Of a stretch of DNA of 64,000 bases, positions 39,801 through 50,988 are shown in pieces. The notes under the pieces were generated by a model. It did no database searches. It was given only the letters and a program-made list of their open reading frames with translations, and was not told the origin of the DNA. The DNA comes from Psammoneis japonica (lineage: Eukaryota). The position numbers and the translations under genes were made by a program. Every line of letters starts with the position of its first letter. Positions within the stretch are counted from its first letter, which is position 1. The DNA lies in NCBI GenBank assembly GCA_008632985.1, contig QPGO01000076.1, forward strand, positions 124,001 through 188,000, given 5' to 3'.

Positions 39801-41035
39801 GTTTGTCTCAGCCATTGAATGGCTTCGCAGACGTTTGCAGTGTCGACTGTCGAGTAGAGTGCTGCTGGTGCCACTGTCTGGCAGTGCCTCAACAGTTTGA
39901 GCCTTGCCCTTGCCATGTTTGGCATTCATGGCCACAAACAAGATTGGAGCAAGATGAGTCTTTTTAACTCGTTTGCGGGATTGGCCTGCAACACGTGTGC
40001 GTAATTCAATTGTTCATCAATGCATTCATCCAATGCATTGAAACTGCCTGCATCGTGTCGGCAAGTGTCCGAGTCTTCGGAATCACTTAAATTGAGGTCG
40101 CGGAAGTGATTGAGCTCCTCCTCGCGTGCCTTGCGCTTTTTCTGAGCGTTGGCAAAGAACTCCTCGACCTTCGATCCGATGAGAGCATCAATGTCTTCCT
40201 CATTCTGAGGTTTCATGTCAGGCTCACTGCCTTCGTCACTGGAATGTCCAGTCTTGACACGTTTCACGTGGGTGTTCGGTTGGGTCGTGATCAACGACTC
40301 AGAATTGTCCGTTCTACGTCCCCGCTTGCGTGGGACCCTAGCATGTTGGTCGCGGTTGCCTTCGGTGAGCTCGACCTGCTCGGTGCGCTCGCAGAACTGC
40401 ACCAATTCGGCGACAGCATGCGCCAACGGGTCAAAATTCTGTAGCGTCATGAACTTCTGCCATGCGTTCGGCACACCGCACTCGAACATGTCGCACAGTT
40501 CGTCATCAGGCAATGGTGCCGGTGTTTCTCCATCCTCCGTCACGGGTGGAAACTGAGAGACACAGCCGTTAATTTCAACAGCCCTTGCGACGTAGTCACG
40601 AGTGGAAACCTCTGCGGGCTTGCGCATGAAGCGCCGCAGATGACGCTTCTGCAATGGTGCCGCCCTGTGAGGGAAGACACTTTCCTTTAGCTTCGCGACG
40701 CATGCTGCGCACGCAGCATTGGTTTGGGATGCCTGCTTGTCAGCGGCATTGTCAAATGACGTCAGAGCATCGCCCTGTGGCAGGTCACGCACAAGGGCAA
40801 ATTTCGCTGGCCCGGTCGTGATGTTTTGTCCTTCGTGCACGCGATCCACGTTGCGCAGAAAGATTGGGAGTGTCTCGCATGCAGCCGTAGAAAGGTGCGG
40901 AATGCCCATCTCGTGCATTGGACTGTCCGGATCAGTGGGGTTGTTACGCAGCTTGAACGTCTGGTGCTCGCCCTGCTACAGCTCTTTCTTCTCCGGCCGT
41001 GCGAACGGAATCGGCGGCTCAACCCGCTTCTTCAT
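36816..41035 (-). pseudogene. gag-pol of the Gypsy element (stops, frameshifts, Tyr->Cys/His substitutions)
   Basis: PR 'ALPDSGT'; RT 'LDLNMGHCHI', 'RTHLDDLLV'; RH 'ADASKCQLGAV', 'ERELLAIV'; INT 'HHETLCHPG', 'DRGTEF', 'NPQANATVERAH'. Confidence 0.95.
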
Positions 41036-41129
41036 GGTCGTTTTAAGATTTGTCGGTCCTGCCAACATTTCGCAGTTTCGTTTCTGCAGATTTCGTTGCC
41101 TCGCACAACATGCGGGAGCAATGTCACTG

Positions 41130-41561
41130 TGCCCCATGCATGTGCTGGGCGCTGAAAAAGAAGATGTGTCAAGACTTTGTCGTTGTGAAAATTGTGAGCT
41201 AGTTTAGAGTAGAGAAAATGGGATCGTGCGAACAGGGAATCTTGCCAAATCCCTGTTCGTTCGCATTTGGATCGCATTAAATCGATCGTGCGTTCGCATT
41301 GTGGATCATGCGAATCAAGCCATCATGCGCCATGCACGAGTGATGTCATCGTGTGGAATCACGCTGCCATCGTGGGCCAGACGACGGGCCAGTGTGCTTC
41401 ACACGGATGCTCTCTTAGCATCCTTCTGGAATTGCCCAAGACCCAGAGCCATGCCCTCCTGTGGTCGTGCTTCCCAGGTGCGTGTTGACAATGCCACGTT
41501 GCCACGTGCAAGAGGCTCATGCACGGTCTCGCCGTGTTGTCCAGCAGCGAGGCATGCTGCA
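41130..41561 (-). repeat. 5' LTR of the Gypsy element
   Basis: Gap-free match to 36345-36776. Confidence 0.95.
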
Positions 41562-43989
41562 CTGACCCTGCTGCTGAACAACTTTGAAAACTTGCGCACC
41601 ACATCTGACCCTGCATCCTCAATTTTGAGCAGTCAGGCAATGACTGCACCATTGAAGAAAAGTGCCAATTAATGACTCACAACAGGGGGGGCACCACAAA
41701 GCCAGCAACACTCTCTCCAAGTGGCGGGCCACCTGAAATGAACTTGGCAGTTGTGTGCTGCCATGCTGTGCCATCTGCAAATTCTCATGACTGCCACATG
41801 GTGTGCTGGCATGTGCGTGCAAAATGACTTGGTGCACAACAACTTGCCAGATCCAGTGTCAAGCAAACATGTGATGGAAATCCACTGAGGTTGTGCCAGT
41901 CACTGACTTTCCAACAAAGAAGAAAATTGTGAGACAACCCACAACCCACATCTCATGTGCGCTGGGGCCAATGGACTGGCCCTGGCGCAACAGCTGTGGG
42001 CTCCTGCATGATCACACTTGCAGAGCTGCCACACTCAAAAGGTGCACAAATGTTGGCGAGTGCCCCTCAAATGAGACCAGCATTGGTTGGGCACCTCAAG
42101 TCCACACTGGCGGCAACCAGCAGGGCAAGAAAGCTGGCAGCTGCTGCGAGATTGGCAAGGTTCTTGACAGAGAGGGGTGCTGCAAGGAAGTGCTGGCAGA
42201 ATTTTGCAAAGCTCTTGCAATGGACAGCTTGTCCAGCTCATTTTTGGTGTGCCAGCACAAAGTTGTGCAGATCTGCACATGCAAGTTTCTGCGCATGTTT
42301 GTGCTGAAATTGTGGCAGTTGGGCCCATCAGCTCATTCAAATTTGTGCGGCAACCCACCCGCGCATGCCGCACTCACAATGATGATGACATAACGGCATT
42401 TTTTGTGCTCTGATGCCACCTTGCCACATCACATCTCCCTTGCCATGGAGTCTCAGAACATTGCTGACAACTGGTTCAAGAAAATGGCCAGTCGTGACCA
42501 AGTTGCAGGGGTTTTGTTTCGCCACAAAAAGACGCTGTTGGACCCATCAACATGACGCACAATGGTTGGTGTCGGAATTGCCATGATGCGCTGACCCTGT
42601 TTGAAGCATCTTTGGTGGTGTTGTGATGTTGGCATGCAGCATGGAAGACTCAGCAGTTCTCAATGTGGTGGCATGACGGCGGAGTTGGCTGGAGGCAAAG
42701 GAGGGCTCACCCTGAATGTGTGTGTGTGGATGCAAGAACCGCAAATGATGCATTGGCCCCATTGCTGGAAGTTGCCTCAGCAGCACTGTGGCAAACACAG
42801 CCGGCATGGATGACTCAGCAGAGCTCACGCTGGCGGCATGACAGCAAATTTGGTCTGATCCCAAGGAGGGCTTGTTCTGAAAAGAGGTTGCTCATCGAGG
42901 AGCTGTGGTTGGCTGCTTTGTTGTCCTTTTCTCCATGCAGCAGCAGCTTGGAGGGCTCTGCTTTGTGAGCGCAAACAAGCGATGCTTCCAAAAAGATTCA
43001 TGGTTGTGGACATTGACCAGTCACATGACAAATCTGTGACTGAAACAAAAATGCTGAAGAGCTGTCAAGTCGGCGGCATTGTCATCTTGTTGAATGAGCC
43101 AGAAGTCTCATCATTTGCTCTTCTGCTGCAGAGAGCATTGATTGAATTGAACAGCAACTTGACAGAGAAGACATCAGCAACATTGGTGGAGGAATTGGCT
43201 GTGGTTGTCATCTGAGAATGACTCAAAGTGGGTGACGCATGCCTCTGTCTGTTGCGACCCAACAACACGCGAACAGCTGTGCAGTCTGTTGAAGCTTCTG
43301 ACCAGCTTTGAAGGCAACACATTTTGTCTGTCAACAGACCAACCATCTGCACGTCATGCAACAACAGTGTTTTGGCATTTTTGCTTTGCACCCACAGTGT
43401 GTTGGCAACGCCGCTTGCTCTCTTGCAAACTCTCTTCATGTCTCGCGCCATTCTTGTGTTGGAGCTTGCAGAGCTCAAATTGAATTTCTGCTGGCACGCC
43501 AAAAATGAAACTCGGCAAGCTGTCCATTTGCCAAGCTGCTTGTGTGGGAAGGATCGTCCATGGACATCACAGCTGCCTGATGCTGATGATGATGCTCAAG
43601 CACAGCACACTGGCACTCTGCATTTGAGCCAGCAAGAGAGGCCTTTGCTGCTTTCTCTCTTTCCTTCCCTTGGCCCTGTGGCTCCAAACCTGATCCATGA
43701 GCTTTTGTGCAAAACCTGAGCTCCGCAGCTTTCTGCACACTGTGGCTTTTGTGCAAAATTGTGCCCCGCAGCTTTCTGTGCCCAGCAGCTTTTGTGCAAA
43801 ACCTGTGCCCTGCAGCTTTCTCCCTTGAGTGTGGGCAACTTTTGCAACCCTCCCTCTTGGGCACAGCATTTTTTGAATGTTGGCACACCAGCTTTGGCAC
43901 AAAACTTTGCATGGAAAGTTGTGTTTTCAAGCAAAAAATGGAAATTCTGAGTGAGTTTTGACCGCATGCAATGCCAGTTGCGCAGCTGC

Positions 43990-45770
43990 ACGTGCTTTTT
44001 CCATGTGACGAGCTCACGCATTTTTGACACAACTTTTGACACAACTTTTCACACGGGTCAAAGTTGTGTCACATTTTCAAAAATGCACATCCAGGCACAT
44101 TTAAAATTCCTGCAAGACTTCCAGTGCAAATTCTGCACAAAGAAATGGAGCCCAGGTGTGAATTTTGAAAGTTGTGCTGCACATTTTTAAAAACGCATGT
44201 GCGGGTTCTGTTGCACACAGAAGTCCAGTGGATCCTGCATCCTGCCACAATGTCAAAGTTGGGACATTTTCAACTGTGCACACCTGGATCTTTGCACAAC
44301 TCTTTTTTGTCCCACACATTTTTTGTGTCAAAAGTTTGTTTTTTTGCGAGGTGGTGTCGGCAATGAATTTGTGTCATCCAACAGATTTTGTGCTGGCAGG
44401 CAAAATTCACATCAATTTTGACATGCAGGTGGTGAAAATGGCAATTTCCCACAGACCCGTCGGCATGCCAAGTTTTGCTCCAAAGTTGGCACACCAAGAT
44501 TTGTGCTGAAGTTGGTGCACCAAAACATGTGCCAAAGTTGGCATGCCAAGTTTTGACCCAAAGCTGGCATGCCCAGTTTTGCTCTAAAGTTGGCATGCCC
44601 AGTTTTGCTCTAAAGTTGGCATGCCAAGTTTTGCCCCACAGTTGGCATGCCGTGTTTTGTGCCAAAGTTTGGGTGCCGGGTTTGCTCCAAAGTTGGCAGT
44701 GCCAGTTTTGTGCCAAAGCTGGCATGCCAAGTTTTGAGCCAAAGTTGTCATGTCAAGTTTTGCTGCAAAGTTGGTTTGCCAAGTTTTGTGCCAAAGTTGG
44801 CATGAGGAATTTTTCTCCAAAGTTGGCATGCCAAGTTTCACACCAAAGTTGGCATGCCAAGTTCTGCCCCAAAGTTGGCATGCCAAGTTTTGTGCCAAAG
44901 TTGGCATGCCAAGTTTTGGGTCTGCAGGAAATCATGTGTTCAAGCAAAAAACAGAGAGTCTGTGTGAGATTTGAGGGCCATTTGCAACAACAATGGCGCA
45001 GCCACATTGCTTTTCCTGTGTGACAAGCTTGCGTGTTTTTAACACAACTTTGGAACAGCTTTTGTCACAAATCAAAGTTGTGCCACAGTTTCAAAAATGC
45101 ACACCTGGGTGATGTCAGAATTCCTGCGAGACTTTCAGTGCAAATTCCACACTAAAAAAGAAAACCCAGATGTGCACTTTGAAAGTTGTGCCACACATTT
45201 TGAAAAATGTGCACGCGGGTTCTGTCGCATGTGGAAGTCTGCTGCATTCCTGCACAACACAAAAGTTGGGACATTTTCAATTGTGCACATGCCCGGGTCT
45301 TTGCACAACTTTTTTTGCCCAACACATTTTGGTGTCGTGTGTCAGCAACAAGTTTGTCTCATCTGACAGATTTTGTGCTGGCAGGCATGGCTTGCATCAA
45401 TTTTGATGTGCAGGTGGTGGAAATGGCAATTTCTCGCGCAGACCCTTTGCACCAAAGTTGGCATGCCAAGTTTTGCCCCAAATTTGGCATGTTGAGTCTT
45501 GCTCCAAAAAGGTGGTGTGTTGAGTTTTGCTCCAAAGTTGGTGTGCTGAGTTTTGTGCCAAAGTTGGCAAGACCAGTTTTGCTCCAATGTCGGCATGCTG
45601 AGTTTTGCTGCAATTTTTGCAAAGCAGCTTTTTCCCCAAAGTTGGTGTGACATGTTTTGTGCCCCAGTGTTGGCATGCCAAGTTTTGCCCCAAAGTTGGT
45701 GTGCCAAGTTTCCCCCCCAACAGTGGGCATGTCAAGTTTTGTGCCAAAAAGTTGGCACTTTTGCGCCACA
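43990..45770 (-). repeat. Two ~1-kb tandem units, each ending in a reverse-complement array of the 26-bp repeat (~44462-44915, ~45450-45760)
   Basis: 'tcaaagttgtg..ca..tttcaaaaatgcac' at ~44060 and ~45072; 'gtcaaagttgggacattttcaa' / 'acaaaagttgggacattttcaa' at ~44252 and ~45259. Confidence 0.85.
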
Positions 45771-46663
45771 AAGAGCTGGCACAACAGGGGATCCGTCACA
45801 AGCCTTGTCGGTCATTGGCGATGGCAATTTTCACAGTGGAGTGGTCCAAAAGATTGATCTGGCTGACCATCTTTTCCAACCAAATGTCACAATCAGAAAG
45901 ATGCATTCACAGTGTGGTGGTCAAGAGCTTGCACCCACCAACGGCCACACACTCGGGCCCCTCTTCTCTGCACACTTCTGGAGCGCAACAAGTTTCTCCA
46001 TTGACAAACCATTGCGGCAGGTTTTGTTTCATCAACCTTGGGTGTGTTTGCTTTTGCAGCCCACAACCTTGTGCAAACTGACAGAAGCTGCCCCCCCCCC
46101 CCCCTTCACTCATTTTTGTTGTGGGCCTTGGTCACTCCTCGCTGGAGGAGAGCGGCTTCTGCACCACCCTCCTGCTCTGGCTGTGCTTGCTCCTCATTGA
46201 TTGCAGAGCTTGTGGTTGTTGTCTTGTCTTCACCACAGATTCGATGAAGTGGGTCCGATTGACAAAGTTGTGTGCTTCTGCACGAGCAGTTTCCAGTTGG
46301 GCCGGACGAGCATTGAATTCGACAGGTTTGCGATGAGGAGTCCTCCTCGTCGTCCGCCACCCCCCGCGGCGCGCCACGCACGGCGCACGCAGCCGCAGCC
46401 GCAGGTTATTGTTGTTCCCACCCGTCGAACTCATCGCCCATCGCACATCAACGCTATGAAGAGGACATGGGAAGGCACGGGGAATGCTTTCCTATTCCCT
46501 GGATGTCGACTGATGAGACTCCATTCTTCTCTTTGTATGGCTTTGAGTGTGAATGTTGCGTGGTGTGCTAGACACTGCTGAGTTATTACCGTTTTTGCGG
46601 TAGACACCGCATAAAAATGAGACAAACGCGGAGGTTATTGCTTAGCCGTACCAACTCATCCTG

Positions 46664-47735
46664 GTGGATCACACTTGCGACATTGACTCCGGTCCTATCT
46701 TTATGATTGAGCCTCATCACTTTATAAAGCCAACGTCGACGAGAGGTTCAGTATTGTTGCATGAGTCATGTTTTGACGAGTTCGCCACCACCGAGAAACT
46801 GTTTGCGTGGATCACAAGAGCCATTCACGGAGATTACCGCTACGATTGTTTGGACGTTGCCATGGCAGCCATTTTTGATGAGGAACTCGAAGATGATTCT
46901 GAACCTATTCAATTGCTAGAGAAAGCCATGAATACGAAGCCAACCGAGCACGAACCGTGTGGCATTGTGATTTCTCGGAAGATCGGGAAATGAATTCGTG
47001 GGTCCACTTGGAGCTGGACAGTGGAGCGGCAGACTGGAATTTTCCCTCACTCATTACTCGTTGTGATAACATATCGAATATTGGGGAATGGGAGCAGAGT
47101 TTGCGACGCACATGCCGTCAGAATATCAGAAAGGCGCGAACAGCGGTTGCAAACATGACTGTATCAAGCCTTCCTATTCACGATGGAGTTGCTCCACATT
47201 CTACACTTGCACACTTTCGATGTATTGTTGAACACGAGGTCCGATTGCATCAAAATGTTCCCGGTGGCTACTTTACTGCACTTTGTGAAGCGGTGGGACG
47301 CTTTGTCGCGACTACGCGTATGGCTGGCACAATTTATGAGATTCGAAACTACAACGGAGATGTGCTAGCATTTTTGCACGAAGTTCGTAAAGGGAGGACT
47401 GCTCGGGGGCAATGGTTCTACGCTACCGATGAAGGTTCTAAACAATACGTATGGTTTCATTGTGTCCATATTTTAGTAGAGAGGGCACTCGAGGAGAAGG
47501 GAAGACTCGATGTGTGGATTTGGGACCCAACGGACTTGACGGAAAGTTGGACGAACACGCCAATCTCAAGAGTCGATACGGCTTCAATCTTGTGAAATTG
47601 GCCAACGATTGCAGACTATCGCGGTCCGTTTTGGTAATTGCGTCGAAAATGAATTTAATGTTCCTCCACAAGCTTAAGTCGCAGCAGCCGCAGCTGGGCA
47701 TAACTCTTCGGATCTGTTACACTTTGACACATTAA
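46664..47735 (+). CDS. Hypothetical protein, possibly GNAT-fold; split over three frames
   Basis: Consecutive overlapping ORFs with ordinary composition (RQNIRKA, GQWFYA, VDLGP...LKSRYGF); family assignment is weak. Confidence 0.4.
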
Positions 47736-47787
47736 TTTCTTTTTTCTAATAAGATCAAAGGAGGATAGAATTTGGTTTGCTACTTTG

Positions 47788-47965
47788 CCCTTAGTCCCCT
47801 CTCTAGTGCAGTACCGCAGGAGGCTATTTTGGAGCTCTAACCCACGGCTGTAGCTACTGTAGGCCTACCTCTAGGCTTAGTCCCCTCTCTAGCTAGTGCA
47901 GTGCATACCACAGTAGGCAATTTGGAGCTCTAATCTATGGTTCTAGCTACTGTAGGCCTACCTTT
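47788..47965. repeat. ~90-bp imperfect tandem duplication, CTAG/TAG-rich
   Basis: 'cttagtcccctctctag...ggagctctaa...tagctactgtaggcctacct' occurs twice. Confidence 0.8.
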
Positions 47966-48593
47966 GGCTAGTACATAGAGAGAGAGCACCGTTAGCATGG
48001 TTAGGTTGTTTGCTTCAGCTTGTCTACTAAAGACTGACGGTACAAGTACAAGATCTTTTGTCGTTGCCCTCGCCCGATCTGACCTTCTCGTCGTCGGCGA
48101 TGCAAATACACATCAGCGTTGCTCAGTACCGATTCCTCCGTGACACGTAGAACTATACCAGGCTACAAGCGTAATACATACCTTCAAGTATATATTGAAT
48201 ATATCGCACATTGCGAGGCCGCATCATCCAAATTTTCAAAATATTCGACAAATGATTGATAGCCACGTAGTCACTATGAGGAAAAGAGGTATAATTGACG
48301 TAATCGCGACAAAACACGTCGTCGTTCAGGCGGTCGGAGTCGCACTAAAATGAGGCGCCAATTTCGCCACGTATGTTGCCGGAACTGAGATATGCTTCTG
48401 TAGAAATCACGTAAAAACTGGTACATTGTGAACTCAAGTCATCACACACATTTACCCGTCAGAGAACGGTCGGCAAGCGAAGAATCCACACGCATCTTTC
48501 TCACTTTTGTTGCTGGAAGCAGTTGCACTTCTTCTTCACGTCCACCTGAAAAAGGTTTATTATACATATCTTTCTCTTGTCAGTCAGACAGAA

Positions 48594-49619
48594 ATGAGTA
48601 GCCATGGAGGAATAAACGTGCAATTGACCGAAAGCGTAGTGGAGCAGGTGGTTGCAATGAGAAAAAAGGAAGAAACGTGTTACAACTACCGCAATTGCTT
48701 TCCCGAAGGGAATCAAGACCAGACATTGAATGTGACCTGGAGAGAAAAGATCTGCCACTGGTGCTACAATGTCGTCGATCACTTCGACTTGTCACGAGAG
48801 GTTGTATCGATTTCACTCAACTTGTTCGATCGGTTCTTGGCTACGAGGGGAAACAAGTGCAATGGGAACATGGCTCTCCTGACCTCGTTGAGTACCTTGC
48901 ATCTGGCCATTAAAATGCACGAAACAAAGAAAATCAAGCTGTCGACACTGGCCAACTTGAGTCGAGGACAGTTCGGACCGTCTCATATTGAGGATATGGA
49001 GTGGACTATTCTATCTGCACTCGAGTGGAAAATCCACCCTCCTACTGAGAATGCCTTCATCTCTCATTTGCTGGTGTTCCTACCTCAAGAGACTCTGGCC
49101 CCGGTACGCAAAGACTTGATGGAACTGTCACGCTATCTCTCCGAATTAGCTGTATGTGACTCCTACTTTTGCGATTTCAACGCATCATCCGTCGCCTTTG
49201 CGTCCATTCTCAACGTTATGGAAGACATGAGCTACTCTCGCTTATCCGCGGGTACCCGGGAACGCTTCCTGAGTCTCATTGCCGACAAGGTTGGTCTTTG
49301 CTGTAACACCCCTCAAGTGTTGGCGGCAAGAGAACGCATTCGGGCCATGTTTTCCGCAACCATTGGATACGAGACGAGCGGCGTAAGCAACGCCAATGTC
49401 ATTTCGCCGACTCGTATCGTGGACGTTTCGCCTGGTCAGTTTCACCACAACAACCGTTCTCGCAACAACTCTGTTGACAGCAGCTCCAAGAGCTCCTGTC
49501 GCTATTCAGCATCGCCGGCATCCGCAACCAGGAGATGCACTACAGTCGTTTCGCCAATGACGACAACGCGAGGTGGACGAAGACTCGCTTCATCACCGAT
49601 TGTCGCAAGTGTGCAATGA
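48594..49619 (+). CDS. Cyclin (diatom-specific cyclin type)
   Basis: Cyclin box WREKICHWCYNVVDHFDLSREVVSISLNLFDRFL, MEWTILSALEWKIHPPT, YLSELAVCD. Confidence 0.92.
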   Translation: MSSHGGINVQLTESVVEQVVAMRKKEETCYNYRNCFPEGNQDQTLNVTWREKICHWCYNVVDHFDLSREVVSISLNLFDRFLATRGNKCNGNMALLTSLSTLHLAIKMHETKKIKLSTLANLSRGQFGPSHIEDMEWTILSALEWKIHPPTENAFISHLLVFLPQETLAPVRKDLMELSRYLSELAVCDSYFCDFNASSVAFASILNVMEDMSYSRLSAGTRERFLSLIADKVGLCCNTPQVLAARERIRAMFSATIGYETSGVSNANVISPTRIVDVSPGQFHHNNRSRNNSVDSSSKSSCRYSASPASATRRCTTVVSPMTTTRGGRRLASSPIVASVQ

Positions 49620-50149
49620 CTGGGCTACACTACACAAGATATTCTTGCACATACACTACAACATAGACTTCATGGGATACAACTACACTACATTTGATAC
49701 ACACAATCGATTGGGAACGGTTCTCTTTCGAATATTTTGAGACAATAGATTATAAATATAGACGTCTAAGCACATGCATGTTACAGAAAGAGTTCAACCT
49801 AGTTTCCCTGTTGCACGTCACAGAAAGAGTTGAACGTGGGTGTTGTAGTTTGCACTCACCATAGTTTCGTCGAAGATCTATCTTATTGGCGCTTTTGAAG
49901 AAGATCTGACTTTGCGAATGACGTGTCCTGTCAATGGTCGGAGTCGCGCAAATGGACGCGATCCGATTCGCCTATTTTTCTCAACGGGGTATTTTTCTAC
50001 GTGCGTCATCTTGGAATAGATGATGTGTGACTTTGACGTTTATGTTTTCGGTACGACATACGTAAGCACGAACTAATTACAATGACCGAGACATCTTGTC
50101 AATGACCACGTCGTTGTTGCGATCGGGTTTTGTGCGCCGTGCTATTTTG

Positions 50150-50820
50150 TGGAATTGTTCGACATGTGCACACAATGCAACAATGACAACGACTCCATGC
50201 GTCGCACAGGAGTGACCTCACACTGAGACCCCCACATCAATGGGAGAATCCAAAGCCCAGTGGATCAGAATTGAAGATCTTCTACTGTTGCAAAAAGGCA
50301 AGAACATGGCAAAAGTGAAAGTTGCCAAAAAGAGCTGGCACGCAGGTTTGCCACCAACATGTGCTCTCCAGCTTCGGGTGGGACCTTGCACTGCTGGACT
50401 GTGACATTTGTGTTTTTTTATTTGCACCACATGCCATGCAGCTGCATGACTCTGATGGTGGCATTTTGCACCATTTTGCAGCGCAGCCGTCGAGATGTGG
50501 TGTTTCTGGCTTGCTGTTTTGCTGACGATGCTGGCCAGCTGTTGTCAGCCACATCTGCGTCTCTGAGCAGCAGCACGCACTTGGCCTTCTGGATGAAAAC
50601 AAAAAAGGGAGTGTGTCTCTCTGTGCTGCAGATCTTTCCATGCTGGCTTCGCTGCTGCTGGCTTTTTGAGCACATCGCAAAATTGCGAGTCTTTCTGGTG
50701 TGCTGCTGGTTCTCTGAGAGATGGCGGTGACTCCTGACATTCCCATGTGCAGCATGAGTTCTTTTCACCATGGCAAGATTCCAATGAAGCCACGTTCCCC
50801 ACGACAAGCGCGGGGGGTGA
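50150..50820. mobile_element. Small TpA-depleted repeat fragment related to the 35.8-kb sequence
   Basis: 'gggtgggaccttgcactgctggactgtgacat' (~50376) vs 'gggtgggaccttgcgctgctgaactgtgacat' (~35855). Confidence 0.6.
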
Positions 50821-50988
50821 GATTAGATCTGTAAGAGTCAGCGAGTCTGTCAGACGTCAGAGATCTTCCAGCGATCTTTTGTCTGTTGAAGAGGAAAGAT
50901 ACGAGATCACCACGTGCCGATGCACGACTCGGTGCTCGATGCTTTCTCACAAAAGCTTGACATGTGATCCTTCTTCCTTGGATGCACC

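Larger units (their letters stand above)
36345..41561 (-). mobile_element. Full-length Ty3/Gypsy LTR retrotransposon, inactivated
   Basis: Two 432-bp TG...CA LTRs; 4-bp TSD CTGA (36341-36344, 41562-41565); PPT GGGGGAG next to the 3' LTR; gag, PR, RT, RH and INT on the - strand. Confidence 0.97.
34600..46400. mobile_element. Large degenerate repeat-derived region (putative DNA transposon) with inverted 26-bp tandem arrays, hosting a nested Gypsy element
   Basis: TpA-free composition; arrays in opposite orientation near the two ends; no recognisable transposase. Confidence 0.5.

Noticed and set aside
36816..40918. Alternative genetic code or RNA editing as the explanation for Tyr loss
   Set aside because: Flanking host genes use TAY normally, and the changes are in genomic DNA, on both strands and in non-coding LTRs.
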